DNA from: Cyanophora paradoxa CCMP329
Taxonomy: Eukaryota > Plantae > Glaucophyta
Length of the DNA: 64,000 nt
Direction of reading: 5' to 3'
Assembly: GCA_004431415.1 (NCBI GenBank)
Contig: QPMI01000582.1
Location: 1 to 64,000, forward strand
Shown: positions 24,301 to 36,789 of the stretch, in pieces
How positions within the stretch are numbered: position 1 is the stretch's first letter
Layout of the letters: each line of letters starts with the position of its first letter
Made by a program: the position numbers and the translations under genes
Notes under the pieces: model-generated
Database searches by the model: none
Told to the model about the DNA's origin: nothing
Seen by the model: the letters and a program-made list of their open reading frames with translations, nothing else

Positions 24301-26330
24301 CTAGATAGTGCGATTCTCAGTAGCAGCTTCACGACTTTGCCCTCTTGCGCGCCGCCACCGCGGCCGCGAGCTGTGCCGCGCGATCCTTCCTGCTGCAGGA
24401 TTAGGCGAGCAAGTAGCCGAGCGGGGGCGAGGGGGAGGGGGCGCACTTGGGGACCGAGGCGGATGCGGCGGGGGCAGGTAGGGCGGCAGCGGCCGGTGGG
24501 CAGCAGCAGCAGGGGCCGACAGGGCGGCGACCGGCGGGGCGGGGGCGGGCGGGGCGGCGGCGGCGGCGGCCGGCAGGGCGGCGGCGGCGGGGGCCGGCGG
24601 GGCGGCGACGGCGGGGGCCGGCAGGGCGGCGGCGGCGGGGGCCGGCAGGGCGGCGGCGGCAGGTTCTGAAGGGGCTGCTTCGGGGACAGGCGGCGCCTTG
24701 GCGACGGTGTTGGCGCCGGCGCGGCACCGGCGCGGGCGCTTCACGGGGACAGCCGCGAGGGGCCCCGCGAGGCTGGCGATGCGCTCGCCGTCGGGGCCGT
24801 ACTCGTAGCTCGGAAGCTCGAGCGTGACGTGCCCACCTTTCCTGCCCGAGCGCTTCGTGGCCACGATCCGACCGGGACCTGCCGCGCCCAAGGAGCAGAG
24901 CTTCGTAAGCGAGCGGCGCGGCGAGGGCGGGCCGGGCGCACGCTCGTCGAACTGGACGACGTCATGGGAGCCCGTGTGGCGCGGCACGATTAAGCCGCCG
25001 TACGCCTTCTCGACGGTGACGGTCTGCATCTCGCTGTGCTTCCGGATCGCCTTCCCGTCCGCGTCCCGCTTGCAGACGCGCTTGGACGCTTGCGCCACGC
25101 CGGAGGGACCGAGAACAGCTGCAAAGAGGTCGGAAAAAGAACAGCGAGCGGGAAAAAGGAAGCGGCTTCCACCAGCAGCGGTCTCGCGGTCCGGAAGCTC
25201 GATAACGAAGCGATTCGCCGCCGGCAGCTTGTCAACCGGGATCGGCTGGCCCGTCTTCGGGTCGATGGGCGTGGCGACGTGCGCGACCTGCGCCACGATG
25301 TTCTCCTGCGATGCGCACCGTTAGAGGATAGGAAAAAGAACTTCGAACGAGTCATAAGAGCCGCAGACCAACATTGCCGGCCCGGCCACCGGGATCTTGA
25401 CGTTGACAAGCTGCGTCCCGGTCTTCCGGCGCTTGAGGGCGTTCGCGGCGGCGTCCTGAAGGTAGCCAATCGCCTCCACGCGCTCCTCCGGCCTCGACAG
25501 CGGCCGGAGGAAGCACGCCATCTTCTTCTTCGCCACTCGCTTGAGCCTCGCGTTGAAGGCGAGGGCGACGTCGAACTGGAAGGAGCCGTCGCCCGGGAAC
25601 GTCATGATTTGCTTACAGACGTAGATGTGGGGATCGGCGTGGTTGAGGGCTTTGTACTCGTCCGCGGCCACCACCTTCGCGGGTGCGTGAACCTGCGCGC
25701 ACGGGCATCGGACGCTGGAACGGGGCGCGGGCGCGGCGGGCGGACCGTCACGTTCGAGTAGTAGATGAGGTGGTTTGCGATGGCCACGGCTGCCTGCTCC
25801 CCGTCTGCCTTGATGATCACGCTGCCGAGCCCGCAGTCCTTCACATCGGAGTCCTCCGGGCGCACGAAGCGCCGAAGGATGACGCCGTTGACGGAGTAGT
25901 TGAAGTCGCCGCGCTTCGCCTTCGTCTGTGTTGGGAACTCGCCCTCGACTCGCGCCAAAATCGTTTCACCTGGGCGCGGGAAATGGAAGGGCTTCGGGCG
26001 AACGACGCTGAGTTCTGGACACAGCTGGGTGTCTGAGCTAACTGAACAGATGACGAAGTCGCCAAGGCGAACGTGGTAGGCGCGGCCGCTGGTGTCCAGG
26101 CAGCGGACCGTTGCCGCGGGGTGCTCGCCCTTGAGGATGTCGAGGTCAGGGAGCTTGGGCTCCTTCGCCTTGCGCGCCTGCTGAGTGATCTTGTTGACAC
26201 GCTTCATGTTGCCCTTGCCGGCCCACGAGCTGCTGCTGTCGGGTCGCTTGCCGTGCCAGCGGTGCCGACGTCGGGCCTCGTCGAAGCCGTCATCCCAGAG
26301 GCTGGGTTCCTTTCGCTTTGACTGCTTCAT
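24301..26330 (-). CDS. Element gene with an N-terminal BAH-like domain, convergent with the transposase (spliced)
   Basis: YHVRLGDFVIC...ILARVEGEF...VILRRFVRPED...IYYSN...EY...IYVC follows the BAH consensus order. ORFs 25602..26330, 25321..25674 and 24301..25296 link through short introns. Pro/Ala-rich tail. Confidence 0.6.
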
Positions 26331-26579
26331 GCACGGCGGCGTGCAGGAATGCTCGCGCTCGGGCGTGCGCGATGGCGGGAAGCTAGCTAGTCCGGCCTAG
26401 CCGAGGGAAGCTGACTAGCAAGCCGGCCTGCTGACCGTTACTGTGACCGTTGTGGCCGCGTGTGTACGCCACTGTGTACGAGGCCAAGTTCGAGCTCAAG
26501 TTTGCGCTGGGCTAATTTCATTGGCGGAAGAAGTTAACAATGGGCGGGGCGTGACGCAAACTCCGTTCAGTTTGAAACG

Positions 26580-29500
26580 AAAGTCCGCGGGGAGGGTCCA
26601 GGCGACGTCCGCGCAGAAGGCGGTGCGCGGCGTGACGACGACCTCGAAGCCTCCCGGCGCGTTGCCGGGGACGGAGCAGCTGACGGAGCCGGTCGTGCTG
26701 TCGCCCACGCTGTTCACGGTGACGACTTGGACCTGAAGGATCGCGTTCAATGCTCATGCAATGATACATATTCATCGGGTGCTTCGGACTTCATTCGCTA
26801 TAATATCAAAGTAAAGATCTAGACGCACGGTGTAAGTGCGGTTCGGCTGCAGGCCCGTGGGCGAGTAGCACGTGGGGGTCCCCGGGGTGACGTCGATCCA
26901 CTGCGAGTTGAAGACGGTCGGCGTGCCGCCGCTGTACTTCAGCTTGTACTTCGTGATTGCGCTGCCGCCCGTGCCGGGCTGCGCGCGCGTCAGATACAGC
27001 AGCTGACGCCGGCGCCAGATCTGGTTATAGACAAGCATCGATCCAGTTTCGCTTGTGCGCGTGCGCACCGCATTCCAGCAGACTTCGAAGGTGCCGTCGA
27101 CGTCGTTGCTCGACGATGCCGTGCCCGAGCAGTACGGAGACGGCGCCTGCGGCTTCGTCGCTGCGAACGCGGGCGTGAGGGACCGCACGGGAGCTGGCCG
27201 CCCGAGCCCGAGCTCGGCGCAGCGCATGCGCACCGGGGAAGTCGTAGGTCATGGTGGCTTCGGCGCTGCTGTTGCCGGCGTCGTTGTACACGACGACCTT
27301 GAAGCTGCCGTTCCCGCCGGGCGCCCCGGTCTTGGTGCTCTTGTACTCTGTGTCGGCGTCCGCGCTGACGGCGGAGCCGCCGTCGATCTTGTACGAGCTG
27401 CGATGGGCTCGTGATCAGGTAGCAGTTTTAACAGATGAGAGAAAGGAAACGCAGGATGGCAAGGCGCACGCGACATCGAAGTTGGCGTCGCCGGGGCCGC
27501 CGGCGTTGGGCTGGGTGGGCGTCTTGAAGAAGACGTCGACGGCGCGCGACGTCGCGTAGCTGTCGTCGCCGACCTTCTCCACCTTGGTCTGCGTCGCCGC
27601 CCCGGGGTTCTTGTCTGCGCCCACCCTCGGATGAGCGACGAAGGGCGGCCGAGACCCAGAGAGGATCAAAGGACACGTACACCACTGGTCGTACTGCGTG
27701 GTCTCCGGGTCTCCTGTCTTCGAGTCCCCGTTGGTGCAGGTGACCTTCACGCCGTAGTTGCGCGTGCCGGCCAGAAGCGGCACGACGTCGGTCGGCACGG
27801 CGGTCTTGACGACATTGGCGCTGCTAAGCGGCGCGCTGACTGTCCAGCTCTTGTCGACGACGGTCGAGTGACCGGACGGAGGAGCGGGGCCGGTGAAGGT
27901 GATGGTGCAGTGCGTGAGGGCGGGGCCGCCGGTCTCCGCCGGGGGCTTGAAGGTGACCTCCGCAGCCTCCGGGTCCGCGGCCGTCGAGTAGGCCGACAGG
28001 TCCGTCACCTTCCCGGGAGCGGTGCTGTCGGTGCTAAAAGAGGCGGGGTCCGACGTGGCGCAGTAGCGCGGCGTCTTGGTCGCGTCGTCGGCGGTGTTGC
28101 AGCAGGTCACCTGGGGTCGATCGCGAGCAGACGCGGGTGAGACCGAAGCGGAGCAATTGCAAGGCCCAGTTCTTGCGGGGACCTGACCGTAATAGAGTAC
28201 GTGGTGTAGCGCGTCAGATTCGGGATCGTCGCCGTCCACGGGGCTGCAGCGTTCAGGTCGGACGCAGAGCCGACGGCGACTCCGTCGAGCGTCGCAGTCG
28301 CTGCAGTGAATCACGAGTGCGCGTGAGAGGAATTCGAAATCGAAGCGGGCGGCTCATGATCATGCGCAGACCCGTGCAGGACTTGTAGCTGAGGGCGTCG
28401 CTCGCGCCGATGCCGTCGTAGTCGGCCACGGTCCAGGGAACGGTGATCGAGGTCGCCGTCGTGGTCACGCCCGAAGTCGTGATGGTCGGCTTGTTGGGGG
28501 CATCGGGGCTCGTCTTGACGGTGCCCGACACGCTGCTCGAGAGGTCGCCCTGGTTCGTGCACGTGATGGTGTAGCTGTACGAGGTGTCGGGAAGGAGGCT
28601 GCTGTAAGTCTGGGCGCCCCCGGTGGCAGAGCCGGCGGTGGCCGCGCCGCCGTTGAACACGACTGCGGCTAGTGTAAGAAGTAGAAAAAGCGAGAGCGAG
28701 CTCTGTGCTGCGCACTGGAGCAGCTCTTGTAACCCTGGCCGCTGACTCCATCCTTGTCCTGGATTGCAGTGCCGCCCGTGATCGGGCCGCTGGCGGGGCT
28801 GTACGTGATCGTGGCAGAGTTTGCTGTTGCGGATGTTGTCGCAGTCGGTGCGCTCGGAGTCATCGCTGCGGGAGGCGCGGCGTCAGTCTGATCACTGCGA
28901 ACTACCAGCTGCAGCGAGGAGAAGAGCGCTAATAGTGCATGGTCGATCTAACGCAGCACATGCGCACCGGGGGTCCGGAACGTTGCCGCCTTGGCGCCGG
29001 TGAGGCCGGCCTGGCTGTTGTACTGCGGGAGGTTGGTCGCGCCCGCCTGGGCCGTGTACTGCGTCCAGCACTTCAGGTCGGCGAAGGAGGCGGTGCCGCT
29101 GCCCGAGAGACTGGTGATCGTGACGGACGCCGACGTGGCCGCCGGCGTCCCAGTCGCCGACGTGCCCTCGAAGAGTCTCACCTGCGCGCGACCCGAGAGA
29201 GAACGGCCGGTTACTCGGGAGGCGCTCGACGTCGACCCAACGGGTGCGAACCGCGGCGTTCGCGTTGAGGGCCACGCCCTTGTTGACGTCGCGGCCCGTG
29301 TTGGTGACGGAGAAGGGCACGGACGCGGAGGCCTTCTGGGCCGCCGCGCTGGCCGTGATGCCGCCGGTGCCAACCGTGAGGTCCGCGACGCTGGGCTGGA
29401 CCGCGAGAGTGACGAAGTCCGCGCTGTTCGCCGTCGAGGAGACGACTTTGCCCGACAGCGTCGTGCACGATATCGTCGAGTAGTACATCTGCGAGGTCCG

Positions 29501-31677
29501 GGTTTAGAGTTCGCAAGATGCTTGCGCGCATGAGGTGAATAACAATTGGAATTCGACGAGGGGATTCTGCTGACCGTGTAGTCCAGGAGGCCGGAAATGG
29601 TGACCGTGATAGTCACCGGTGCAGAGGTAGTCGAGGGCGCAAGGGAGGTCGCCGGGGCGGTCGGCAGCACATCCGTGGTCTTCTCGAGGAAGTTGTCCAC
29701 CTTCCGGAAGGTCTTGATCTCGCACTTGCTGTACCTGCGGGGCGACAATAACATTAGATCACGATTGTACTCATTAGTCAATATATTGTAGTCGATGGTC
29801 GATTGCAACTAGAGCCACGGTGAGCACGCCAGTTCAGCACTGCGCGCACCCCTGGCCGTCGACGTCGTCGCCCACGGGCATCGTGAACTGCTCGGTGGCG
29901 CTCCCCGTCCCCACGGACGTGATCGTGGGCGGGCTGATGCTGCCCGTCCAGTCCTGCTGCGCTGCAGCCACGGGAGCGTGTCAAGGGTGGAGGGTCGAAA
30001 CCAGCCAGAGAAGCTCACGCGGCATTCTGACGATCTTGCAGACGATGAGGCTGCGACGCATCGCGAGCTTGCTCCCATCATTCGGCAGGTTGCTTGTCGT
30101 GTCCACGGCAGAGTAGGTGCAGACGCGGTACGGGCGCCAGTAACTGTGTTCCAGATTACGCCTGCACTTGCCAATGGCAAGCTGAAGGTTCCAATCTGCG
30201 CGCACCGAATATTGAAGCTGGAAGGCTTCCAGTCCGCGTTGTTGCTTTTCAGGCCGTTCTCTTCGTCTACACCGTACCAGATGCCGTTTGCGGGGGTGAA
30301 TTCTGGCGGGTACTCCGTCCGGGTGGACGTCGAGTCAAGGTCGATCACCTGCGCCACGGTCACACGCACATCACGATCACGGCCGCTCGGACGGAGCTCG
30401 AGAGCGAACCTCTCCGTACTCGTTCACTCCCCGGGCGATCAGGTCGGGATCCGCCAGTTGCATCGAAGCCCACGACCTGATCGTGATCGTGATCATGAGG
30501 CGATGATAAGCATATGAGCAAAAGCATCGAGTACTCGATACAATTAGACAGTGCTTATACGAATATGACGAACGCAAAATTACAGAGTCGTTTTCATTTT
30601 CAATTTAATCTGATGATTGGCGAAGGCGCGCGTGAAAGCACTCACACGTGCGCGTGCACGTCGCGGATGATGCTCGGGGGAGCGTCCGTGCCCTGGTCCG
30701 CATTGGGGTCTAGCTGCAGCTCAACGTTGATGCCTCCCGTCTGCGAGCGCGCGCGCACGCCAGCGATTAAGCGCCGAGAATGGTATTTCGAAGATCAAGG
30801 CGTACCCCGCCTCCTCCGGGGACCTGGACAGGGGTTGCCAGCGAAGGCTGCGGCCGCGATGCTGCGCGCAGGCTTTTTAGAAAGGGGCGCGCACAGCCCG
30901 TGGTCCTTGATCAAGCGCACCGGGGACAGCAAACGCTTTGGTAGCGGAGATGCTGCTCCCCATGCTGATGGTGACGTTGTACGTCCTGATGTCATTTACG
31001 TCGACCTTTCCAGTCGCCGTATTCTTCAGCGAGTCATATCTTCACGCATCGCGGCTGTATAAGACAAGGTGCGGTCGCAGCAGAAAGCGGGGCCCGCCGC
31101 GGGGAAGTGTGTGGGTCACCGCACCCGCGGGAGAAGCCGGTCACGGTTACGACGGTGTCTTCAGTCGTGCTGGTGGCGACGACGTTGACAGCCGGCGGCA
31201 GGGCACCAATGCAGACCACTGGAGCCTTGCAGATCGCATCATCCCAAACCGGAGGAGAGTTGAACTCGACCTGCACGTGAGCGGTCGAAGTGAGTCATCA
31301 TCAGTTAATCAGCCGCCCTCGAGCTCGAATATCTCGGTTATCTTTTAATTACAATCTCAGATGAATCGCAGCGGCGCACCCGGTACGTGCCCGTCTGGGG
31401 CGCGCGGAACGAGATCGTGGCCGTGCCGGAGTGCGCGGTGCTCCCCGAAGTCGTCGTTACGGCGATGCCTGGTGCAAGCTCGCGTCAGCGGCTGGCACAG
31501 AGGCGATTGCGAGAGGTCCGACGGGACGAGGGCGGGACGAGGCTCACTAGTACTGAAAGCATCAGCGGGAGCGGCAAGGACGGTCGCAAGTAGAATGGAC
31601 AAGCTGAAGGCCGCCAAGCGGAGGGTTCGCCGGCTGCGGCCGGGGCGCCGGGAGGCGCCCGCTACGCCGACGGACAT
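26580..31677 (-). CDS. Host fibronectin type III repeat protein, 5' part with signal peptide
   Basis: ATG at 31677: MSVGVAGASRRPGRSRRTLRLAAFSLSILLATVLAAPADA (basic region, hydrophobic core, AxA). Later exons carry GLLDYT, LKCWTQYT, LLPDTSYSYTITCTN and GLQPNRTYT. Confidence 0.85.
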
Positions 31678-33361
31678 GATCGGCCGGCCGCGGGACTGCG
31701 CGTAAAAGTGTGCGTGTGAAATTAAAATCAGCGGCAGACACACCCCGCGCGATCTCAATTGCAAATATCCATTTAAAGAACGCTCATGTCCCCGAGTCAA
31801 AGCCGAACTCCGATTATTCGGAAGTTCAGATTGAGGCTATAACCGATCGCGATCGCGAGGTCCAGATCTAGATCTCGATCGCGAGTCCACCGTAAGACGA
31901 GGCGAAATCCATGGACAGGCCTAGGTATCGATCGCGAACACTCCTACTATGACAAGGGCCTTCGTATATATATATTTATCCACCGCTGATAAAAAACCCC
32001 TAGTGGCGAGGGAGGGCAGCTCGCGATGGAAGGGATTCTATAGATGTAGATATATACGGATTCGAATGCTTGTACACGCGCACGAGCTCGAGCTCAAAGA
32101 ACGTCGATGACCCGGCGAACTTGCAATTGGCGGCCTGCGAACGCGGAATCAAGAACTGCAGCTGGATGTTAATCGATTACTAGTTAAACTACGATCGCAG
32201 ATTAAGTGTGGCGAAGCTCCTCCAAGGAGCGACCAAGCCGGGGCGGGTGATCATGACGGCCCCAGCACCGCGGCCGCCGGGGTCCGCGAGTATTCAAAGA
32301 CTACAGCTGAGAAAGCTCAGCGGTTGCCACGGGAATAGACTGCAGCAGCGACTCCCCTGAAACCGCATGTTCGCGTACGTATGACCGGCCGGAGACTCGG
32401 AGCTCAGCTCGCCGAGCGGCCGAAGGCCTTGGGCGCGGGTGCAGGCCAACGCGTACGTTAACGTACGCCCTTGGACCTAGTGCCACCGGCGCCGCCGGGC
32501 CGGCGCGGGCTTCCGTTCGAACGCTAGGACTTCGAACCCTCGGGGCTCCGAGCATATGCGCAAAAGCGATACGCACGCACCGATTGCGAATCCGGGCACT
32601 CCTGTGCTCTCCGCGGCCGAAGCTGTCGCAGTGCGCTCACTGCAGCTGCTTGCCGCTTCTTCGATCTAGATCTAGATCTGCAAGACTGCAACCGCATGCC
32701 GCGCTGGCAGCCTCGCCGGCGGGTACGGTTGACCTGGGTACGCGATCGCGCTATCGAATTCGAAGCTCCGGAACTCACGATCGCGATGCATATATCTGGA
32801 TATGAGTTCCGAAGTTTAGATCTTTTTTCGAATTCGATTCCGAATCTCCGATCCGCGACCGGCGGCGACCCGGATCCGGACCGGACCGGACGTCGACCGC
32901 CGGGCCGGAGCAGGGTTCCAAACTTATTTAATTTGTAGGTCCAAGATCGAGAGTATTACTAGGCTAGGTAGTCTCTATATATATAGCTACTAGTCTGAGA
33001 ATATTAATCGCGATCGATTTCGATATCTAGCTGCCATATTAGCTGGCTTAGCCTGGCTAGCGCTGCAGCCTGCAGCTGATCAAGGATCCGGCTAGACCAG
33101 TACCCCAACACTTATTTTAAAAAATCTCCAACATTTTTGCGCAGCTAGCGCTGATTTCGATCCGATCGAGCTCGAGCTAGCGCTCGAGCCTGATCGCCGA
33201 GACTCGAGCTCGGGCCCGAGAGTCGAATCTCAGTCGATCGACTCGATCGATCGCGATCGAGGCCTAGGCGCGCGCGCCGCGCGCCCGGCGGCCCCGGCCC
33301 CGCCGGCGCCGCGCCGGCGCCGCGCGCGGCGCGCGGGCGCCGGCGCCAGTGATGGAATTAA

Positions 33362-33473
33362 TCAGGCGAAGCCTCTTTCAGGCGAAGCCTCTTTCAGGCG
33401 AAGCCTCTTTCAGGCGAAGCCTCTTTCAGGCGAAGCCTCTTTCAGGCGAAGCCTCTTTCAGGCGAAGCCTCTT
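33362..33473 (+). repeat. Seven exact copies of the 16-mer TCAGGCGAAGCCTCTT
   Basis: Direct count. Each unit holds an AGGC-GAA-GCCT hairpin and is complementary to GAGGCTTCGCC near the unit 3' ends. Confidence 0.95.
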
Positions 33474-34743
33474 TCTCAAACCCAAAAACCGCCGAGCGAA
33501 ATTCCTTTTTTAACCTTTTTTTCCACTCGAGATCCCCCCTGCTAAATAATTTAACCGCCGAGCGAAATTCCTTTTTTAACCTTTTTTTCCACTCAAGATC
33601 CCCCCTGCTAAATAATTTCCGTGTCACACTCCCTCGAGGCAGAATTATTAATTCTGCCTCGACACGGACGCGATTAATGGACATTACACAGTTGCCCGAA
33701 CCCCCACAGACCCCTCTAGATCCATTTTTAGCGTCCTGGCTCCCCTAAGACGACCGCTCGCCCGTGGGCGTCGCGCGAAATCGAATTTCCCTCTGGATCA
33801 ATTCCGGTACTTAACCTCCGACAAATGCAGTCCGAGTCAGAAGGTGGGACCCGGTCCCGCCCGGTCCCGCGACGAAATCGCGCCAGAGAGACCCCAGAAC
33901 GATACAGAATGCCGCGCGAGGGCGAGCGCATCGCCGCAAGCTCGATTTCAAGCGCCGTCGGCGCTCCAGTGCGAACAGTCGGCCGAAATTTGATCCGGCC
34001 GGTTCCGCCCGGTCCCCCGACGCGCGCAATGCATGCCTACGGGCGCGCATAGACATAGCAGCGCCTGCGCACCCCCGAAATCCGCTTTTCGGAGCCGGAA
34101 GAGCGCAGGAAGGTACCCGACGGCAAAAATTCGATCCTAGACAGGCCCGGAGATCTTTCCGCGCGCCCACGCCGCGGCGCATGCGCGGAGCAATAGTATA
34201 AACATTTGAGATGTAGAAGAAGCCTTCCGCACGGTCTCTAAATGCGCCGGGCCGCGAGGACCCAGCCGACCCCGGAAATTCGATCCTGGACGGACCTGCA
34301 CAACTTTCCGCGCGCCCTCGCATCCTCACGCGAGCGCTTCGCTACAATTTTCAGTTGACTCCTTTTTAAAGCTTTTCGCAAGGTCTGCAGGCGCGACACG
34401 GCACGAGAACCCAGCCGACGCAAAAATTCGATCCTGGACATACCCGACGGCAAAAATTCGATCCTAGACAGGCCCGGAGATCTTTCCGCGCGCCCACGCC
34501 GCGGCGCATGCGCGGAACGATAGCATAAGCATTTGAGATGTAGAAGAAGCCTTCCGCACGGTCTCTAAATGCACCAGGCCGCGAGGACCCACCCGACCCC
34601 GGAAATTCGATCCTCGACGGACCTGCACAACTTTCCGCGCGCCCTCGCATCCTCACGCGAGCGCATCGCTACAATTTTCAGTTGACTCCTTTTTAAAGCT
34701 TTTCGCAAGCTCTGCAGGCGCGACAGGGCACGAGAACCGACCA

Positions 34744-36789
34744 GCGACCAGATCAAGCACAGCAGCTTCACAATCGACAAGCTGCGACTCGAGCTGCAGA
34801 AGACGTACGTCCTGCAGATCGACGAGATCATGTCCTGCTGGACGAACATCTTCTACTCGTTCAAGACGGCCCTGGAGGACGCCATGTGCGGACGAGAAGC
34901 CGTCGGCGACCCGGAGACTGGGTTGGCACCGCCACCTCTTCCGCAGTACCAGGTCGGACCCGACGGAAGGACGCCGGTGATGCAACGCTACCCATTCGGA
35001 GGCTTGGCAATCATCACGTACGGGGACGCGGCCCAGGTGCCGCCGGTCATGTCGCAGTCGTTGTGGGAGACATTGTTGCCGGCACGGAAGGACATTACGA
35101 TGCAGAATGACGTCAAGTGGCACACCCCAAACCTGCACACCTTCCTCAGCTACTTCACGGCTCACGTCCTGCCCTCGTCGATGCGGCACCTGGCGGATCC
35201 AGAACTTGGCCAAATCCTCAACTGGTTTCGAGACGGGGATCCGGACCACGTCGACGACGTCTACCACTACCTTCTCCGCCGGTGCCTGGACCTCAACAAC
35301 GATCTCGGCGACGACAACGAGAATGCCATCCACAACACGCTGACCAAGAACCAAGACCCCACGTGGGACGAAGCGTACCACATGTTCCTCACGAACAAGC
35401 TCGCAGAGCAGCACAACGACGCGATGATCCGACGGCACCACGCCCAGTACCGCGACCCTGTCCTCAAGATCGTCGCCAAGGACACGCATCCGCGCGAGCA
35501 CATCAAGAAGTGCGAGAGCGTGGACGCGTACGGCGAGAGGATCCCATGCACGAACGAGCAAGGAAGCATCCCCCACAAGGTCATGGTGACGGGGGGCATC
35601 AAGGTCATGCTTAGACAGAACCGCGACACGGACGACGGCCTCGTCAACGGCGCCATCGGACTGCTTGCCGGTTACAAATGGCGAGACCACACGGAGACGC
35701 CCGACTACATCAGTCAGCACGCGACGGAGTTCACACCGGACACGCCGCTCGTGCTCGAACACGCTGCACCGGATCTCGTCCAGCACGAGCTCGACACTGC
35801 GGACCGTGCCCCCAAGCCCGAGCCGGAACCCGAACCTGAACCCGAGCCCGAGCCAGGACCTTCGGACCGGAAGAAGAGCAAGCCAAAGGTCAGCAAGGAC
35901 AACATTGTACGGGCCGCAGCGGCAGCGACGAGGCAGAAGAAACAGAGCATAGAGGCGAAGGTGGAGCAGCTCCCGCATCCGCACCTCATGCCCCCCATGA
36001 CGTACTACATCTACTTCCACGATGACCGCGTCGGCCGGCGTGCAATCACGGAACGCTGCCAGCTCCCCGACGGTCGAATCGTCGACGCCGTCGAAATCAA
36101 CGTCGAGCCCAGAAATGCTGGTGAGCCGCTGCATTCGTCAGCACGATCGTGAATGCACACGCGCTTCCCTCTCGAGATTGACTACAGTCACGTTGCGCAG
36201 ACCACGAGGACGAAATCGCTGGCGGGGCAGGAGGCACGCACAACGTCAGGATAGGACCGCCGTTCCGCGTCGCCTACGGCACGACGGTCTACAAGGCTCA
36301 AGGGCACACCCTGAAGCGCGCCATCGCCGACGTGCGGGGCATGAACAGCAGGGACTACACACACCGACAGCAGCTGTACGTCATGCTCAGCCGCCCGCGC
36401 GAGGGAGCGCACTTCTTCATCGCGAACGCCTCGCTCCTGCAACGGTACGAGCTGCTGCACGTGATTCAAAACGTCAACCCCGACCTGCAAGCCGCCATCA
36501 AGGACCAGAAGGCCGAGAGCGCAGAATTTGCGAGGCTCCGGCAAGACGATCCGGCAATGCACGCAACAATGTGGGGCCACAAGCTCCAGTACCTGCGCTG
36601 GATCGAGGACAGCACCGCGCCGCACGGTCAGCGACTCGTCAACGCCGTCCCACGGAATGCGAGCCCGGCGACTGGGGCCAAGTCGAACAGTTCCAGCGCG
36701 AGTTCGAGAAGGCGGAGGCCGATTTCAAGAACACGCGATTCGTCGACACGATGCCGAAGCGGGTTTCCGCGGCGGCACACAAGCGTTGA
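34744..36789 (+). pseudogene. 5'-truncated copy of the RepHel PIF1 helicase C-terminus in array unit 1
   Basis: 34744-38055 is a near-identical reverse complement of 53209-56515. It begins just upstream of QIDEIM and lacks Rep and Walker A. Confidence 0.9.

Larger units (their letters stand above)
15680..26579. mobile_element. 10.9-kb multigene DNA transposon with a RAG1/Transib-like transposase
   Basis: Flanked by AAA (15677-15679, 26580-26582) with termini CGT...ACG. Deleting the element plus one AAA restores the host frame WTLPADF-GAEFIRH-YTVTV across a canonical intron (15586-15656). Confidence 0.85.

Noticed and set aside
24301-26330. RAG2-like (Kelch/PHD) gene
   Set aside because: The position fits, but no Kelch GG...Y/W repeats or C4HC3 PHD are visible; the motifs fit BAH better.
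15806-26476. CAC...GTG as the true element ends
   Set aside because: No flanking duplication (TTGAA versus TACGA), weak inverted similarity, and non-host sequence continues outward on both sides.
15677-26579. 5-bp TSD AAACG (15677-15681 and 26575-26579), as expected for Transib/RAG
   Set aside because: That reading leaves 5 extra bases and frameshifts the host FN3 exon, whereas the AAA duplication restores it. Other copies are needed for a final answer.
9028-31800. Long Arg/Ala/Gly-rich plus-strand and alternative-frame ORFs over the FN3 gene
   Set aside because: Shadow ORFs caused by high GC3; the spliced minus-strand FN3 frames explain the region.
33362-33473. CRISPR-like array
   Set aside because: The repeats are contiguous with no spacers, there are no cas genes, and they are part of Helitron-like termini.
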